NCBI RefSeq assembly: GCF_963921235.1
Contig: NC_086098.1
Location: 238,018,001-238,082,000 of the forward strand
Length of the DNA stretch: 64,000 nt
Reading direction: 5' to 3'
DNA from: Mobula hypostoma
Lineage: Eukaryota
In this document: positions 1 through 14,289 of the stretch, in pieces
Layout: every line of letters begins with the position of its first letter
Numbering within the stretch: position 1 is the first letter of the stretch
The notes under the pieces: model-generated
Database searches by the model: none
Told to the model about the DNA's origin: nothing
Seen by the model: the letters and a program-made list of their open reading frames with translations, nothing else
Position numbers and translations under genes: made by a program

Positions 1-549
1 AATATCCCGTCCTCAAACTCCTTGGAAAAAGCTAACAATATTTTCCTGACAGTTTATTGTACTTGGATGTTATTAACCTGCGAAGGATATAATTGATCCT
101 TAGTTTTATTCGTTGTTACTAACTTCAAACATATTTTCTCCTTACATGTCAGTAAAATAAGTACAATAAATAATATTTATTAGAAGCCATAGGAGTCGTT
201 CTTGTTGAGCATCACTGACAAACAACTATGACATTAATTCTCTGTCTTTGACAGCGGCGACATTTAGACTTACAGAGTTATACAGCACAGGAATAGACCT
301 TTCTGCTGAATCTGTCCATGCCGGCCAAGTTGCCTAACTCTGCTCATCCCATTTGTATGCGTTTGACTAATGTCACCATAAAATTTTAATATCCGTCTAA
401 ATGCCCGGATGTCTTTTAAACTGCACAATTTTACTGCCCTTTACCACTACCTCTGCAGGTTGTTGAACATATCTACCACTGGTCCTCGGATCTAAGTCTC
501 CATGTTGGTCGTGCAACCTTCGCTTCCCTTGGGGAGAGGACTGACTCAA

Positions 550-1150
550 ACACATGACCTTATCTGGCTGAATAGTGCCACACCAACAACCTCTCACTGA
601 ATGTCAGCAAAACCAAAGAACAGTTTATTGACTACAGGGGGAGGAAGTCGGAGATCCTTCAGCCAGACCTCATCAGGAGATCAGAGAAGTTATCATTTCT
701 GTTCAGGGTCCAGCCCACAACCGCCGTTACAAAGAAGTAACTGCAGGGCTCCCACTTTCATCGAAGGTTACAAAGCTTTGACATGATATCTAAAACTCTT
801 ACAAACTTCTATAGATGCACGATTGATCTACATTGACGGCTTGTATCGCTCCCTGCTATGGTAACACCAGTACACTTGAATGGAAAGACCTACAAAAAGT
901 AGTGGATAAAGCCGAGTTCATCACACGTATAGCCCTCCCCACAATTAAGCACACCTCAAGCGGAGCAGTCGCATGAAAGCAGCAACCATCATCAAGGACC
1001 CCGCTCCCCCACGAACCCCACTATGCAAGCCTAATCTCTTCACGTTGCTGCCATAAGAAGAATGTACATGAGCCCAAGGTCTCACAACACGATGAACAGT
1101 TGTGGAACAGTTATCACCCTCTATTATCATATTCTTGAATCAGAGAGATC
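550..1150 (+). mobile_element. Rex-Babar/L2-like LINE RT 3' remnant
   Basis: Decayed [15 protein letters not shown]-type motif. Confidence 0.6.
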
Positions 1151-1689
1151 AACTTCACTCAACTTCATTCACAACAACAAGGAAATGATTCCACCACCTA
1201 TGGACACTTTCAAGAGCTCTTTAACTCATGTTCTTAATCTTTATTGCTATTTTATTTGTTATTATTTTCGGTATTTGCACATTGGTTCATTGTCCCTCTT
1301 TATTGCCTGCCGTTGTTCATTGATTCATTTGTGCTTCTTTTTATTTACTCTGAATGTCCACAAGAATATGAATCTCGTAGGAGTATATGATGACATGTAT
1401 GAACTTCGATGCCAATTTTACTTTTTCCTTAGAGGCTGAGAAGGAGACGTCAAGCTCTCTGAAGTTTAGTGAAATGAGAGGCAATCATATTACACGTTAC
1501 TGAATTGAAAGCAAAAGGGATGCAAAGTCTGCCTCCTCTGTTGAGTTGGGGGTGGTGGTGTGGGGGTTCAGCGATGGTGGACAGGATGAGAAATGTGATA
1601 TCACCCAGTTCAGTCGGGAACTGACAGCTGATGAAGTTCACTCTCTAATAGCCTCGCCAGATTCCAGGCTAGAATTGATCTATATATGG

Positions 1690-2170
1690 ACATAACGTGA
1701 TTCTGCATCATGCATTTTGCCACTGGCGTCCTTCGCTCTCTCTGTTCTACATCACTCCCCAGGTTCTTCCAAATTAGGTGGAAGTTATTGCAGCTTATCA
1801 TCCCAGAGTGCAAGATGCCAAGCATGCCAGCTACTTTTGCATCCAAATGGTTATTATAGCCGGGCAATCGTAGAGTCAGCACATGTCGCTGTTTTACACC
1901 ATTGGTAGCAGTCCTCCAGTGTGTAAAAATTGCTTCACCACCGCTCTCAATCCAATGCCACGCAAACATTTTTTGGGTAATTGGCTCGCTCATCCTGTGC
2001 CTTATGATTTCCTACCTTCCGATCCAGCTTACCATGCGGATCCTTGACAAAGGTCTTGCTACAGTTCACGTAAACGCCAAGAGGTTCATTCACAAAATCC
2101 GAGTTTACCAAGAGGGCCATGCTCTAGACAGGTGCCATCCTTCACTTCGACACATTCCTTCAGCCATTCA
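1690..2170 (-). mobile_element. Old CR1 RT fragment
   Basis: Decayed match to the CR1 RT motif DFSKAFDKVPHGRL. Confidence 0.55.
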
Positions 2171-2199
2171 TTGACTGTTTATTTCTTTCCTGCCTGAAG

Positions 2200-3385
2200 G
2201 GTTATCACACTTTGTCGTCTTCTACTAATTCAGGCAGACTTCGTGATTGGGGAGCATGTCGACCTCAGCATCTTTTCTTCCATCTTCTACGCTGCCCTCA
2301 AATTTACCTGGTCTATTTCCGACACCTCTGTCTCCTTTCTCGATCTCTTTCTCTAAGTCTTTGGAGACAAACTTATCTACTGATGTCTATTATAAACCCG
2401 CTAACTCTCACAACTACCTGGACAATACCTCTTCTCACCCAGTTACCTGTAAAAGTGCCATCATCTTCTCTCAATTCCTCCGTCTCCGCTGCATCTCTTC
2501 TCATTATGAGAACGAAGATGTCGTCCTTCTTCAGAGAAAGGGGCTTCCCATCCTCCACCATGAACGCTGCCCTCAACCGCATCACTTCCATTTCAAGCAC
2601 GTCGGCCCTCATCCCATTCTCCCGCCACCCTATCAGGGATAGGGTTCAGCTTGTTCTCACCTATCACACGACCAGCCTTCGCGTCCAGCACGCTTCTCCG
2701 TAACTTCCCCCATCCCCAATGGGATCCCAACGCCAAGCACCTTTCTCTCTTCCCCCTCAACTCTCTGCTATCCGCAGTTAACGCACTGTATGCGACTTCC
2801 TTGGCCATTCGTCCCTCCCGACTGATCTCCTTCCTGGCACTTATGCTTGCGAGCGGAACAAGTGCTACACCGGCCCCTGCACCTCCTCCCTCACTACCAT
2901 TCAGGGCCCCAAACAGGCCTTCCAGGTGAGGCGATGCTTCACCTGTGAGTCTGTTGCGGTCATCCACTGTATCTGGTGCTCCCGCTATAGCCTCCTGAAT
3001 GTCGGTGGCCACCGCTCCCCCTTCACCATTCCCCATTCCTATTTCCCTCTCTCACTTCATCTGTCCATCACCTTCCTCTGATGCTCCTACTACTATTTTT
3101 CCCTCCATGGTTTTCACTCCTCTCCTGTCACACTACTCCTTCTCCCACCCTGTATCTCTATCACCAATTAATTCCCAGATCTTTACTACACATCACCTCC
3201 CCACCCACCCCAAACCCTGGATTCATCCATCACGTTGTGTTTCTACTTTGCTCCCCCCATCCCTCAGACTCTGAATTCTTAACTTTTTCTCCAGAACTGA
3301 TAAAGGGTCTTAGCCCGAAAAGTCGACTGTTCGTTTCCACAGATGTTGCTGGCCTGCTGAGTTCCTCCAGCATTTTGTGTCTGTT
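2200..3385 (+). mobile_element. Penelope-like element fragment (RT C-terminus, GIY-YIG start, terminal repeat)
   Basis: LSTDVYYKPANSHNYLD..SSHP and FSQFLRLR motifs; QVRRCFTCES; degenerate hammerhead at ~3297-3325. Confidence 0.8.
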
Positions 3386-4079
3386 CCTGTTTCTTTCTTT
3401 CCTGCCCGATGTTTTATCTACATAGGTATCATTTTAAACAGTTAAGATTGACAGTGCAAATGCCTACTGAGACTGTTCATAAATACTTCTTCGTCTTAAA
3501 GCATAAACATAGGAGCTGTATCAGGCGATTCAGCCCATCACGTATGACCCGCCATTCCGTCGTGGCTTATTTATTATCCTTCCGAACTCTGTTCCCTGCC
3601 TTCTCGACGGAACCCTTGACGCCGGTACTAATCAAAGATCCCTTAACTTCCGCTTTAAGTATGCTCAGCGACGAAGCTTTCACAGCTGTCTGTGGCAATG
3701 AATTGCACATCTAATTTTGATGCCTATGATGGGAAAATCTCCTTCTCCTATTCCCCAGTAATGAGCTAGTGACGGAAGGGGCTCAAACATTTCCTCTCCA
3801 CACTGTGCTTGTCGAACTGTCCGCCCCCGTGTCTTCCTCCGTTGCAGGTTGAAGTGGCCGAAAGACTTTACTATTCCCCATGTAACAGTTCCCGTGGGTT
3901 GTTACTTTTCTGTACCTCTGTATCAGTTCTGGGTATCCTCTTTCACTTGACTCACGTGAACGGTTGACGCATGAATATTCTCCCACCAGCAAATCCAAAA
4001 TGTAACCAAATCAGCGAGTTATTCGATGGACGTAGTAAATAGGCGGATTGGGAAGAGGCCATGGAGGAAATATAATAGT

Positions 4080-4605
4080 AATCTCTATTCTTACCTCTTT
4101 ATCAGGTACCTCCTGTATGTTCATGGCCTGCTGCTGTTCGACATATTCTACGTTCAGAAATACTCTTCTTCATCACTGTTGAAACCCCTGGTGTGCACAA
4201 CAGTGTTAATACAATCGAGTTACCGACACCTTGCTGTCAGCTTGTACCAGTCCGACTATTCTCCTCTGACCTCTCTCATTAACACGGCATTTTAGCCCAT
4301 AAAGCTGCTGATCACTGAATGTTTTTCTTTAATTGTTTGTTTTTCTCATCATTCTCTGTAAACTCCAGTAACAGTTGTGCGTGAAAATCCAGGAGAGCAG
4401 CGGTTTCCGAAATACTCGAACCGCTCCATCTGACACCAAATATCACTTTTCTACTCCATTCAGTTCTGTGGTCCAACCAACAACTGAACCTTTTGATTAT
4501 ATATGCCTACTTTTATACAATGCGTTGTTGCCACTTGATTGACTGATTAGATATTTGCATGAATGATCGGGTATATTGGTGTACAAAATAAGTGGCTACT
4601 GGGTG
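4080..4605 (-). mobile_element. Tc1-like DNA transposon remnant
   Basis: Same family as 17455-17600 and 44070-44390 (ARLVQADRK..TRYNSGVQKS-type segment). Confidence 0.55.
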
Positions 4606-6639
4606 TATTTCTGTAAGGTGGAAGAATTTAATTCCTCTGTCACTCAATTGTACTCAACCCTTAACGAAAGTAGAGCATTGTGACCAGCGTTAACAGCGAT
4701 CTCACAAAAACTTTAGCAAAATATATCATCCCGTTAAGAGCATGATGCCCTGCTTAATATATGTCAGGAATGACTGCATCAATGAATTAACCAGTGTAAA
4801 GCTCCTGTTGTGCTCCTGAAATTCTGATTGGCGCAACCGAAGTGCAAATCTAACTCTATTTTGCGTTGCTGACGCTGCTTTGTCAGGTTAGGACCGACTC
4901 CGGTCACCGATAGCTCTCTACCGCCACCACATGTTCACCAGCGGAACTTCGAGCACCCGGAGTTCTCAATTGAAAATCCAAGCCCCCACCCCACCCCCAC
5001 TATCTTTTATTGGTCATGTTGATGGAATAATTCAATCCTCGAAAAAGAAAACTGATGCTGCCCCTAATAAAGAGTTTCAGCACCAAGGGCCTTTCAGTAA
5101 GAGAGTTCCAGACCTGCATACCGATTCAATCACTTCCACTCGTTATCCTTCTAATTGTCTCGAATTTTACCCCACTAGGCAAGGAGACCCAACTATGAGA
5201 CTGTCACGACGTGCGCTGAAAACGACTGAACCCAGGCGCGTACGAACCACAGACTCCTATATCGAGACAGCTTTAGATAAGAATTCCAAAAAGAACATTT
5301 GTGGCTTACTGAGCAACAGCGAGTCGAATCTTTCTCGACACACCAGGACACCGCAATAAGTGCCAATGGGGAGTCTACTTTCAAGAACCATAGTACACAG
5401 AAAACACGTGTCAGTCAAACTAAGCTTGACAAGATTAAACAGAAAGCAAAATGGGTTAATAACTCTAGATAAAACAACAATTAACAAAGACACGTTCACA
5501 GCCCCGTCTGGCTGATGGCAGTACATCATTCCCCAAGACCGGCACCTGTCGTCCCGAGGAGTCCTAGATTACTCGAGACAGGGCTTGTGAACTCGAAGCA
5601 GACAGGATGCTCTCGAGAAAGCGCTGGGAAACTCGAGGGAGAGCTGATACCACAGTGTCCAGAAGTCTGTGTTGTGAAATGCAAAATGGTCCATGGAGTC
5701 GGACGCTCAGTCCCGGTGATTTGAATCTGTGATCCATCGCTCAGTGACGGTTGTTTTCTTTTCATTTATGCAGGGTCGTGTGTTTGTTTTATCACGTTTT
5801 AACGCAATTTAGCGTATTTCGAGGATGGGAAATGTCACATTATCAGTTGTGGCTTCATAACGGGGTAAGGTTATCAGTAACAACGAGTTAAGGTACTGGA
5901 CAGGCGGAGTGTGATAGAATGGAAATAGATGCTGGAAGTTTTGACCCGCTTCTGCTCTTCGCTTGTGAGACCTGTAGAGTCGAACGGCTTCCTTCTGCTG
6001 CCACGTCACAGGGTCTAGGGAATGAATAGTCTCTCTTGTATGCACGATATTGACTGAGGAACACCATTAACATTTCCATATGAATTCTGAAAGTTACGAC
6101 TGGCGTCTGAACACCATTATGAATTTATAAACATCAGCAAAAAATGGTAATTCATGGGATATCAACTATCTGACGGTAATTCCGAAAGGACATTTGCGGA
6201 GCGGATGACTGATGCCGCGCTTAACATGGAAGCCCTGCATTCAATATTCACTTTATGTCTCCAAATATATTGGACATCAATCCCACGACTGCTCTTGGGG
6301 AAGGAAAAGGATTTTTTTTTTCCTTTTCAGATTTCTGCAATGCCCTTCTGCCATTATTACTCTGTTTCATGCACGTCAATTGCGAGTACGCCATATCATT
6401 TTCTTCCTTACTATGAATTTGCTTTCAGGGCTGAGGTGGTGATCAGGGCTACAGGGAATCAATCTCACATATCTTCACCATTGAACCTGGTTTGCAAATT
6501 ACATCCCGTGTATGGCTGCCTTCTGCCGCTTCCACACGGCAGATGTTACTTGGAGAAAATCAACTTTCTACTGGCATTTTTAACGTTTATGCCCAGTATG
6601 ACTTGCGATTCAGTAACAATATTTTTAGACTGAATACTG

Positions 6640-6830
6640 CCGTTGTAACTCCGTCATGGTTGGTCCCAAGCCGGGCTGCGAGAGGAGCAGGGTTGAGCAT
6701 GGCGCTCGCAACCCCAATCCGTAAACCGCAGAGCTACAGAAATGCCAGAGAAGGTCCAAAGACCCGCTCCATGGGAGAAGAAGGATCTGTCGGCGTTCTG
6801 TACTCCAGCGGGGGTGATGGGCTAAAGACA
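6640..6830 (+). mobile_element. RTE-like short element (related copies ~20290-20520 and ~52560-52810)
   Basis: Shared caaccccatcccgtaaa core; ggcccagga segment shared by the latter two copies. Confidence 0.45.
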
Positions 6831-6999
6831 AAGAAAAATACATTAGCATTGCAGCTTAATTTGTTGTTATGAGAAATAAATCTGCAGAAACAGAACAGAT
6901 TCGGAAAATAAATTTAGCACTGGAAATCAAAGAAATGTGTCAATCTGGTGCGTTTTAATTCTTCCATGCATTTAACTGCTTTGCAATATTTCCACGGTG

Positions 7000-7110
7000 G
7001 CAGGACCTCCAGCACTGAGTCTGACTCTGTGGTGCAGAAGGGTGGGACGGAGCAAAGGAGAGCTGTCGTCATTGGGGACTCTATAGTCAGGGGAGCAGAC
7101 AAGGTTTGTT
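7000..7110 (+). mobile_element. CR1 ORF1 esterase fragment
   Basis: RAVVIGDSIVRGAD (SGNH-like GDS motif). Confidence 0.7.
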
Positions 7111-9499
7111 GCAGTTACAACGAAAGCATGGCACCGTCTCTACTTACTTAGAAGCTTACAAAGTATCGGCATGACATCTAAAACTTGCACAAACGTCCAT
7201 AGATGTGTAGTGGAGGGTGTATTGACTGTTTGCCTCACGGCCTGGCATGGAAACGCACCAATGCCCTTCAACGGAAAATCCTACAGAAAGTAGCAGATAC
7301 CGTCAAGCCCATCACACCCACCACCCAGACCATGCTCTCTTTGCTCATGTTCTCTATCTATTGGTTATTTATTTATTATTATTTATTTACTTTTATTTTG
7401 TTTTTACACAGTTTGTTGTTATCTGCTTACAGGGTGTATTTCCATTTTATTGGGTGCGGTCTTTCACTGATTCTGTTGTGATTCCTGGGTTTAATTATTA
7501 TGCCCGCAAGCTTCGTATACGGTAACAAATCTGTACTTTGATAATAAAATTACTTTGAACTTTGCAATTTGATCCCAAATCTCTTTACTTTAGGGTACTT
7601 TAGGGTAAGCAATCTCTGCGTTGACATACAGAACTGATGTCATAACCACGGATTCGGCAGTGTATCACATACGGCAATTGCGCTCGTGGATATGCACATG
7701 TCAGCTAATTATTATCTCATTGTTTTAGTATTTGACTCCATTCTTTCTGGCTTTGTGTTTGGTCGGCACTTGAACCCAGCACAGCAACGCTTCGCTGCCT
7801 GCTTGCGTTCGGCCCTGCCTAAGAAATTGGACTGTCGAGTCAACTGACTCTGAAGACTAGCAGTGTTCGTTTTATATTTAGTTATTCCGTTCAGGCGCAG
7901 TGTTGGCTTCGCTTTTAATTTGAGAGTTTTAGTTGGCAGTCCTTTTTGGCCTCGCGTTTATTGTTTTCTTTTCCCTCTAGCTCTGTTCGCATTCATGTCG
8001 GGCCTATCGACACACTGCAGTGTCTTTTGCTCTGCATTTGGGCCAAATACAAATCCTGGTGACAGCTGATTGCAAGTTCCGAGAAGCCTCTGAGGAAGGG
8101 TTGCAGATTTCACCATAATTTGAGGAAAGGTTCTGCCTGAGGCCACCGCTGAACAGTCTGCCCTCGTCTTCAAGGTTATCTCCCTCATTCTGATCTATCC
8201 CATAACTCAACTCAACCGTCAACATCAACAACAAGCAATAGATTTCGCCTTCTTTCTAGCCAGTGATGAGAACTGCATTTCAGATCACCTTAATCTCCAC
8301 ATTAAAATCAGCTCTGAAACTTCAAAATCGCAGGGAAGTTAAACTCATTATATGAAACTTCCACATTTTTGGCTTTCGTGGGGCAACCGAGCAGACGAAA
8401 ATCTCACGGCCCAAACAGGTGCAAAGACTAAAATTCCAGTCACATGTGACTTTAAGGCTAGAAACACGCATAAATCAAATGAAGAAGCCCGGGAATTTAG
8501 GTTCTCTGGAAAAGAATGTGATGGGAGTCTTCACAATTTTTCTGAAATATTATTAATCCGAATTTGCATACGCTTCTGGATAATGTGTGGACTTGATTTG
8601 CTTCTTTTCAGGCAATGAATTACTCCATCGGTGAAATCGAATTCTGGCAGTATAGAAACAAAATTATGCGTAGAATGCTCATGATATTTCAGTATGTAAG
8701 CGTATTGTACACCTCCATTTCCAATAATACCCAACAAATTCTGAAACCAAGTGGTTTGTTAGTTGTATAAGATAAAGTGTATTTGTCAGTAGATGGGAAC
8801 AGGCCCAGCCGGCAGTGGGTAAGGGGCTTAGAAGCGAAGAAAGGGAGCTCCTGGAAATTCCACGAGTGACTATGTGGCGGTAGCAGAGAGCACCGAGAAT
8901 GTGTCTCAGACGAGAGATGACAAGCTAACAAAATAATCAGTTTTCATTTCCATATCGCCTGTCACAATTTCGGACATTTCAACAAGAGTGAAAGATCAAT
9001 AAACTTATTCGTTTGTAGGCTGTCTTCTAATGAATAGAACAGAGTAGTCAAATAAACAGACTGGGTCATCTGTTTTCCTCCAGTTGTTTGAGTGACCGCT
9101 GTCACGTCTACATACTGGGAAGGAATCGCTATTGTTCGTCTGCGGGATTATATAAACCAATATGCCTTATGTAGATAAGGTTTAGGACGCTTGTACAATC
9201 TCGCAGTGCTAAACCGTCGAAGTGCAAGCACGAAATTGCATCTACTCCGCCAATGCAATTTCCCAATCCCGTTATATTGCTCCCTCCACTCACCTGTCAA
9301 TACCTCTCACTTCAGTATATTCCTAATTTTGGGATTCAACAAGTGATTCATTGGGTCATAGAACACTGCAGCGCAGAAGCAGGCATTTGGTGGAGTCTGT
9401 GCCGAAATATTAAGCTTCCTCTTCCCATCGATCTCCATCTGGAGCATCGCCCCCCTCCACAACTCACCCATCGACGGACCTCTCCAAATTCTTCTTAAA

Positions 9500-11330
9500 T
9501 GTTGAAATCGAACTCGCATCCACAATTTCAGCTGGCATCTCGCTCCGCGCTCTCATTGCCCTCTGAGTGAAGAAGTTTCTCCTCATGTTCCCCTTAACTT
9601 TTCCATGTTTCACCCTTTACCCATGGCCTCAATTTGTAGTCTCAGCCAACCTCCGCTTGCATTTACCCCTCATAATTTTGTATACCTTTATCAAATCACC
9701 CCTCAGTCTTCTACCTTTCAGGCAATAAAGACCCAAGCTATTCAACTATTCTGTATAGCTCAGGTCCTCAAATAGAAACATAGAAACATAGAAAATGGGT
9801 GCAGGAGTAGGCCATTCGGCCCTTCGAGTCTGCACCGCCATCCAGTACCATCATGGCTGATCATCGAACTCAGAACTCTGTACCTGCCTTCTCTCCATAC
9901 CCCCTGATCCTTTCAACCACAAGGGCCATATCTAACTCCCTCTTAAATATAGCCAATGAACTGGCCTCAACTGTTTCCTGTGGCAGAGAATTCCACAGAT
10001 TCATCACTCTCTGTGTGAAGACGTTTTTCCTCATCTCGGTCTAAAAGGCTTCCCATTTATCCTCAAACTGTGACCCCTCGTTCTGGACTTCCCCAACATC
10101 GGGAACAATCTTCCGGCATCTAGCCTGTCCAATCCCTTTAGAATTTTATACGTTTCAATAAGATCCCCCAACAATCTTCTAAATTCCAGAGAGTATAAGC
10201 ATAGTCAATCCAGTCTTTCATCATATGAAAGTCCTGTCATCCCAGGAATCAATCTGGTGAACCTTCTTTGTACTCCCTCTATGGCAAGGTTGTCTTTCCT
10301 CAGATTAGGGGACCAAAACCGCACACAGTACTCCAGGTGTGGTCTCACCAAGGCCTTGTACAATTGCAGTAGTACCTCCCTGCTCCTGTACTCGAATCCT
10401 CTTGCCATAAATGCCAGCATACCATTCGCCTTTTTCGCCGCCTGCTGTACCTGCATGCCCACTTTCAATGACTGGTGTACAATGACACCCAGGTCTCTTT
10501 GCACCTCCCCTTTTCCTAATCGGCCACCATTCAGATAATAATCTGTTTTCCTGTTCTTGCCACCAAAGTGGATAACCTCACATTTTTCCGCATTAAATTG
10601 GATCTGCCATGAATTTGCCCACTCACCTAACCTATCCAAGTCATCCTGCATCCTCTTAACATCCTCCTCAGAGCTAATACTGCCACCCAGCTTTGTGTCA
10701 TCCGCCAACTTGGAGATTTAATGCCCTCGTCTAAGTCATTAATATATATTGTAAACAACTGGTATCCCAGCACTGAGCCTTGTAAATATCCTTGTAAGTT
10801 TCCCCTGCATTCTTTCAATCTTCTTAACATCCTTCCAGTAGGCAAGTCACCAACACTGCACACAATGCTCCATCTTAGGCCTCACCAGCATCTTATATAA
10901 TTTCAACACCACACCTCAACTCCTCTAACCAATACATTGATTTATCAAGGTTTGTGTGACAAGAGTTTTCTTCACAGCCCTATCAGCCTGTGACGCAACT
11001 TTCCTCCGCTTTCCTAATTTTCTGTTCTACTGAACTTCTCAATGTCCTACCGCTCAGCGTGTAAGAGCTGGTTGGCACTTCCAAATTGCAACACATCACA
11101 TTCCTCTGCACTAAATTCCTTCTTCCATTCTTCAGCCCATATTCCCCACTGTTCCAGACCCCGATGCAAGCTTTGATAGACTTCCAAACTGTCCAGTATA
11201 CCCCCAGTCATCGGCAAATGTGCTAATCCAGTTTACCACATTATCATCCAGTTCGTTGATGTACAACAACGGACCAAGCACCAATCCTTGCGACACACAA
11301 CCCGTCACGGGCCTCTAATCAGACAGGAAT
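9500..11330 (-). mobile_element. Young CR1 3' half (9772-10780, tagaaaca tail) nested in an older CR1
   Basis: ORF 10205-10708: ADDTKLGG...RPHLEYCVRFWSP; tandem tail aatagaaacatagaaacatagaaa. Confidence 0.85.
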
Positions 11331-11389
11331 GCCGATTGCGTCGCCTCTGATCTGGGCCGACATTTACGTGCCCGGCGGCACCTAATTCC

Positions 11390-12820
11390 CTGTTCTCTTC
11401 AAGAAGGGTGGAAGAGAGAAAACAGGGAATTATAGACCGATTAGTCTGACGTCGGTGGTGGGAAAGATGCTGGAGTCAATTAAAAAATGTGAAATTACGA
11501 CACACCTGGATAGTAGTAACAGGATTGGTCGGAGTCAGCATGGATTTACGAAGGGGAAATCGTGCTTGACTAATCTTCTGGAATTTGTTGATGATGTAAC
11601 TACGAAAATGGACAAGGGAGAGCCAGTGGATAGAGTGTACCTGGACTTTCAGAAAACCTTTGATAAAGTCCCACATAGGAGATTAGTGGGCAAAATTGGG
11701 CACATGGTATTGGAGGCAGAGTACTGACGTGGATTGAAAATTGGCTGGCTGACAGAAAACAAAGAGTAGCGATTTACGGGTCCCTTTTCGGAATGGCAGG
11801 CGGTAATCAGTGGGGTACTGCAGGGTTCAGTGCTGGGACCGCAGCTGTTTACAATATATATTAATGATTTAGATGACGGAATTAAAAGTAACATTAGCAA
11901 ATTTGCCGATGACACAAAGCTGGGTGGCAGTGTGAATGTGAGGAGGATGTTATGAGAATGCAAGGTGACTTGGACAGGCTGGGTGAGTGGGCAGATGCAG
12001 TTTAATGTGGATAAATGTGAGGTTATCCACTTTGGTGGCAAGAACGGGAAGGCAGATTTTTATCTAAACGGAGTCAAGTTAGGAAAAGGGGAAGCATAAC
12101 GAGATCTAGGTGTTCTTGTACATCAGGCACTGAAAGCAAGCATGCAGGTGCAGCAGGCAGTGAAGAAAGCTAATGGTATGCTGGCCTTCATAACAAAGGG
12201 AATTGAGTATAAGAGTAAAGAGGTCATTCTGCAGCTGTACAGGGCCCTGGTGAGACCACACCTGGAATACTGTGTGCAGTTTTGGTCTCCAAATTTGAGG
12301 AAGGACATTCTTGCTATTGAGGGAGTGCAGCATAGGTTCACAAGCTTAATTCCCGGGATGGTGGGACTGTCATATGTCGAAAGATTGGAGCGACTGGGCT
12401 TGTATACTCTGGAATTTAGAAGGCTGAGAGGGGATTTACCTGAAACATATAAGATTATTAAGGGATTGGACACGCTGCAGGCAGGAAGCATGTTACCGCT
12501 GATAGGTGAGTCCAGAACCAGAGGCCATAGTTTAAGAATTAGGGGTAAGCCATTTGGAACGGAGTTGAGGAAAAACTTTTTCACCCAGAGGACTGGTGGA
12601 TGTATGGAATGCTCTGCCCCAGAAGGCTGTGGAGGCCAAGTCTCTGGATGCTTTCAAAAAAGAGATGGATAGAGCTCTTAAGGATAGCGGAATGAAAGTT
12701 TATGGGGATAAGGCAGGAACTGGATACTGATTGTGGATGATCAGCCATGATCACAGTGAATGGCGATGCTGGCTCGAAGGGCCGAATGGCCTACTCCTGC
12801 ACCTATTGTCTATTGTCTAT
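11390..12820 (+). mobile_element. CR1 LINE RT, 5'-truncated, frameshifted
   Basis: QHGFTKGKSCLTNL, YLDFQKTFDKVPH, RPHLEYCVQFWSP; (ctattgt)n tail at ~12801-12820. Confidence 0.92.
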
Positions 12821-12949
12821 AATTAATTAGCTTGTTTATTTCGGCTTTTCTTTTAAATATGTGCTGGGTGCGTCCCGGCTACTGCTGCACCCCTGCATGC
12901 TTCGCAGATCGGTATAGGTCCACGGCCAGTAGGTTGGGGATCACTGCAC

Positions 12950-13440
12950 CACTCTAACCTCCGACGACTCAGCCTAACGCACCATCAACAGTGTGTTCGG
13001 CGCTGTCTTCCCGATTCCGGTAAGTGATGCTACACTGTACATACATCATTTCTACTTTATATAGGCTGTGTATTTTTATGTGTTATTTGGTATGATTTGG
13101 CAGCTTCATACCTTAAAGGTTACTGAAGAGAGTGTTTCTGCCGAGAGCGCTTGCGTGAGACTTTCGCTACGGTGGACAGTGCGGCAATGATTGTAGAAAA
13201 GTATCTCTACGTTATATAGGCTGTGTATTTATCATATCATTCCTGCTTTTACTATATGTTACTGTTATTTTATGTTTTATGTGTTATTTGGCATGATTTG
13301 GTAAGTTATTTTTTGGGTCTGCGAACGCTCACAAATTTGTCCCATGTAAATAAATGGTAATTGCTTCTTCACTTTGCAACATTCCGACTTACGAACCATT
13401 TCATAGAAACGCTCTACCTTCGGATGGCAGGAGAAACCTG
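12950..13440. mobile_element. Possible Tigger/pogo-like DNA transposon remnant
   Basis: Internal direct duplication (tatataggctgtgtattt) and a pogo-like terminal segment; family call is tentative. Confidence 0.3.
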
Positions 13441-14260
13441 GTATTTGATGAAATTTCAAATCTCTTCAAACTCCGAATGAAGTATAGCCGCTGTCTTGCC
13501 TTCTTTATAGCTGCATTGATATGTTGGGACCAGGTTTGGTCCTCAGAGATGTTGCCACCCTGGAACTTGCAACTTTTCACTCTCTCCACTTCTGATCCCT
13601 CTATGAGTATTGGTATGTGTTCCTTCGTCTTACCCTTCCTGAAGTCCACAATCAGCTCTTTCGTCTTACTGACGTTGAGAGCCAGGTTATTGTTGCGACA
13701 CCACTCCACTAGTTGACATATCCCACTCTTGCCCGCCCTTTCGTCAACACTTGAGATTCTACCAACAATCACTGTATCGTCAGCAAATTTATAGATGATA
13801 TTTGAGCTATGCCTAGCTACGCAGTCATGTGTATATAAAGAGTAGAGCAGTGGGCTAAACACACACCTCTGAGGTGCACCTGTGTTGATCGTCAGTGAGG
13901 AGGAAATGTTATCACCAATCGCCACAGATTGCGGTCTTCCGGTTAGGAAATCGAGGATCCAGTTGCACAGGAAGCTACAGAGGCCCAAGTTCTGTAACTT
14001 CTCAGTCAGGATTCTGCGAATGACAGTATTAAATGTTGAGCTATAGTCGATGGACAGCATAGCTGACTGTGTTGTCCTGGTTGTCTAAAGCCGTGTGAGG
14101 ATCCATTGAGATTGCATCTGCCGTTTGACGTATTGTGGCGACAGGCAAATTGAAATCGGTCCAGGGCCTTGCTGAGGCAGGAGTTTAGTCTGGTCGTGTT
14201 ATTTCATCATTTCATTACTGTAGATGTGAGTGCTACCGGGCGATCGTCATTAAGGCAGTT
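13440..14260 (-). mobile_element. Rex-Babar/L2-like LINE RT fragment
   Basis: ORF 13401-14060: [50 protein letters not shown]. Confidence 0.88.
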
Positions 14261-14289
14261 GACAATATTGTTATGAACGGGTCATACCT

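Noticed and set aside
5933-5947. 15-nt exact match to the gene A leader exon
   Set aside because: Similarity does not extend, there is no phase-1 donor at the right distance, and no V exon follows
5888-6079. AYKRDY in a minus-strand ORF resembling the osteocalcin/MGP C-terminus (BGLAP neighbours PAQR6 in human)
   Set aside because: No Gla-domain ExxxExC motif or matching exon structure
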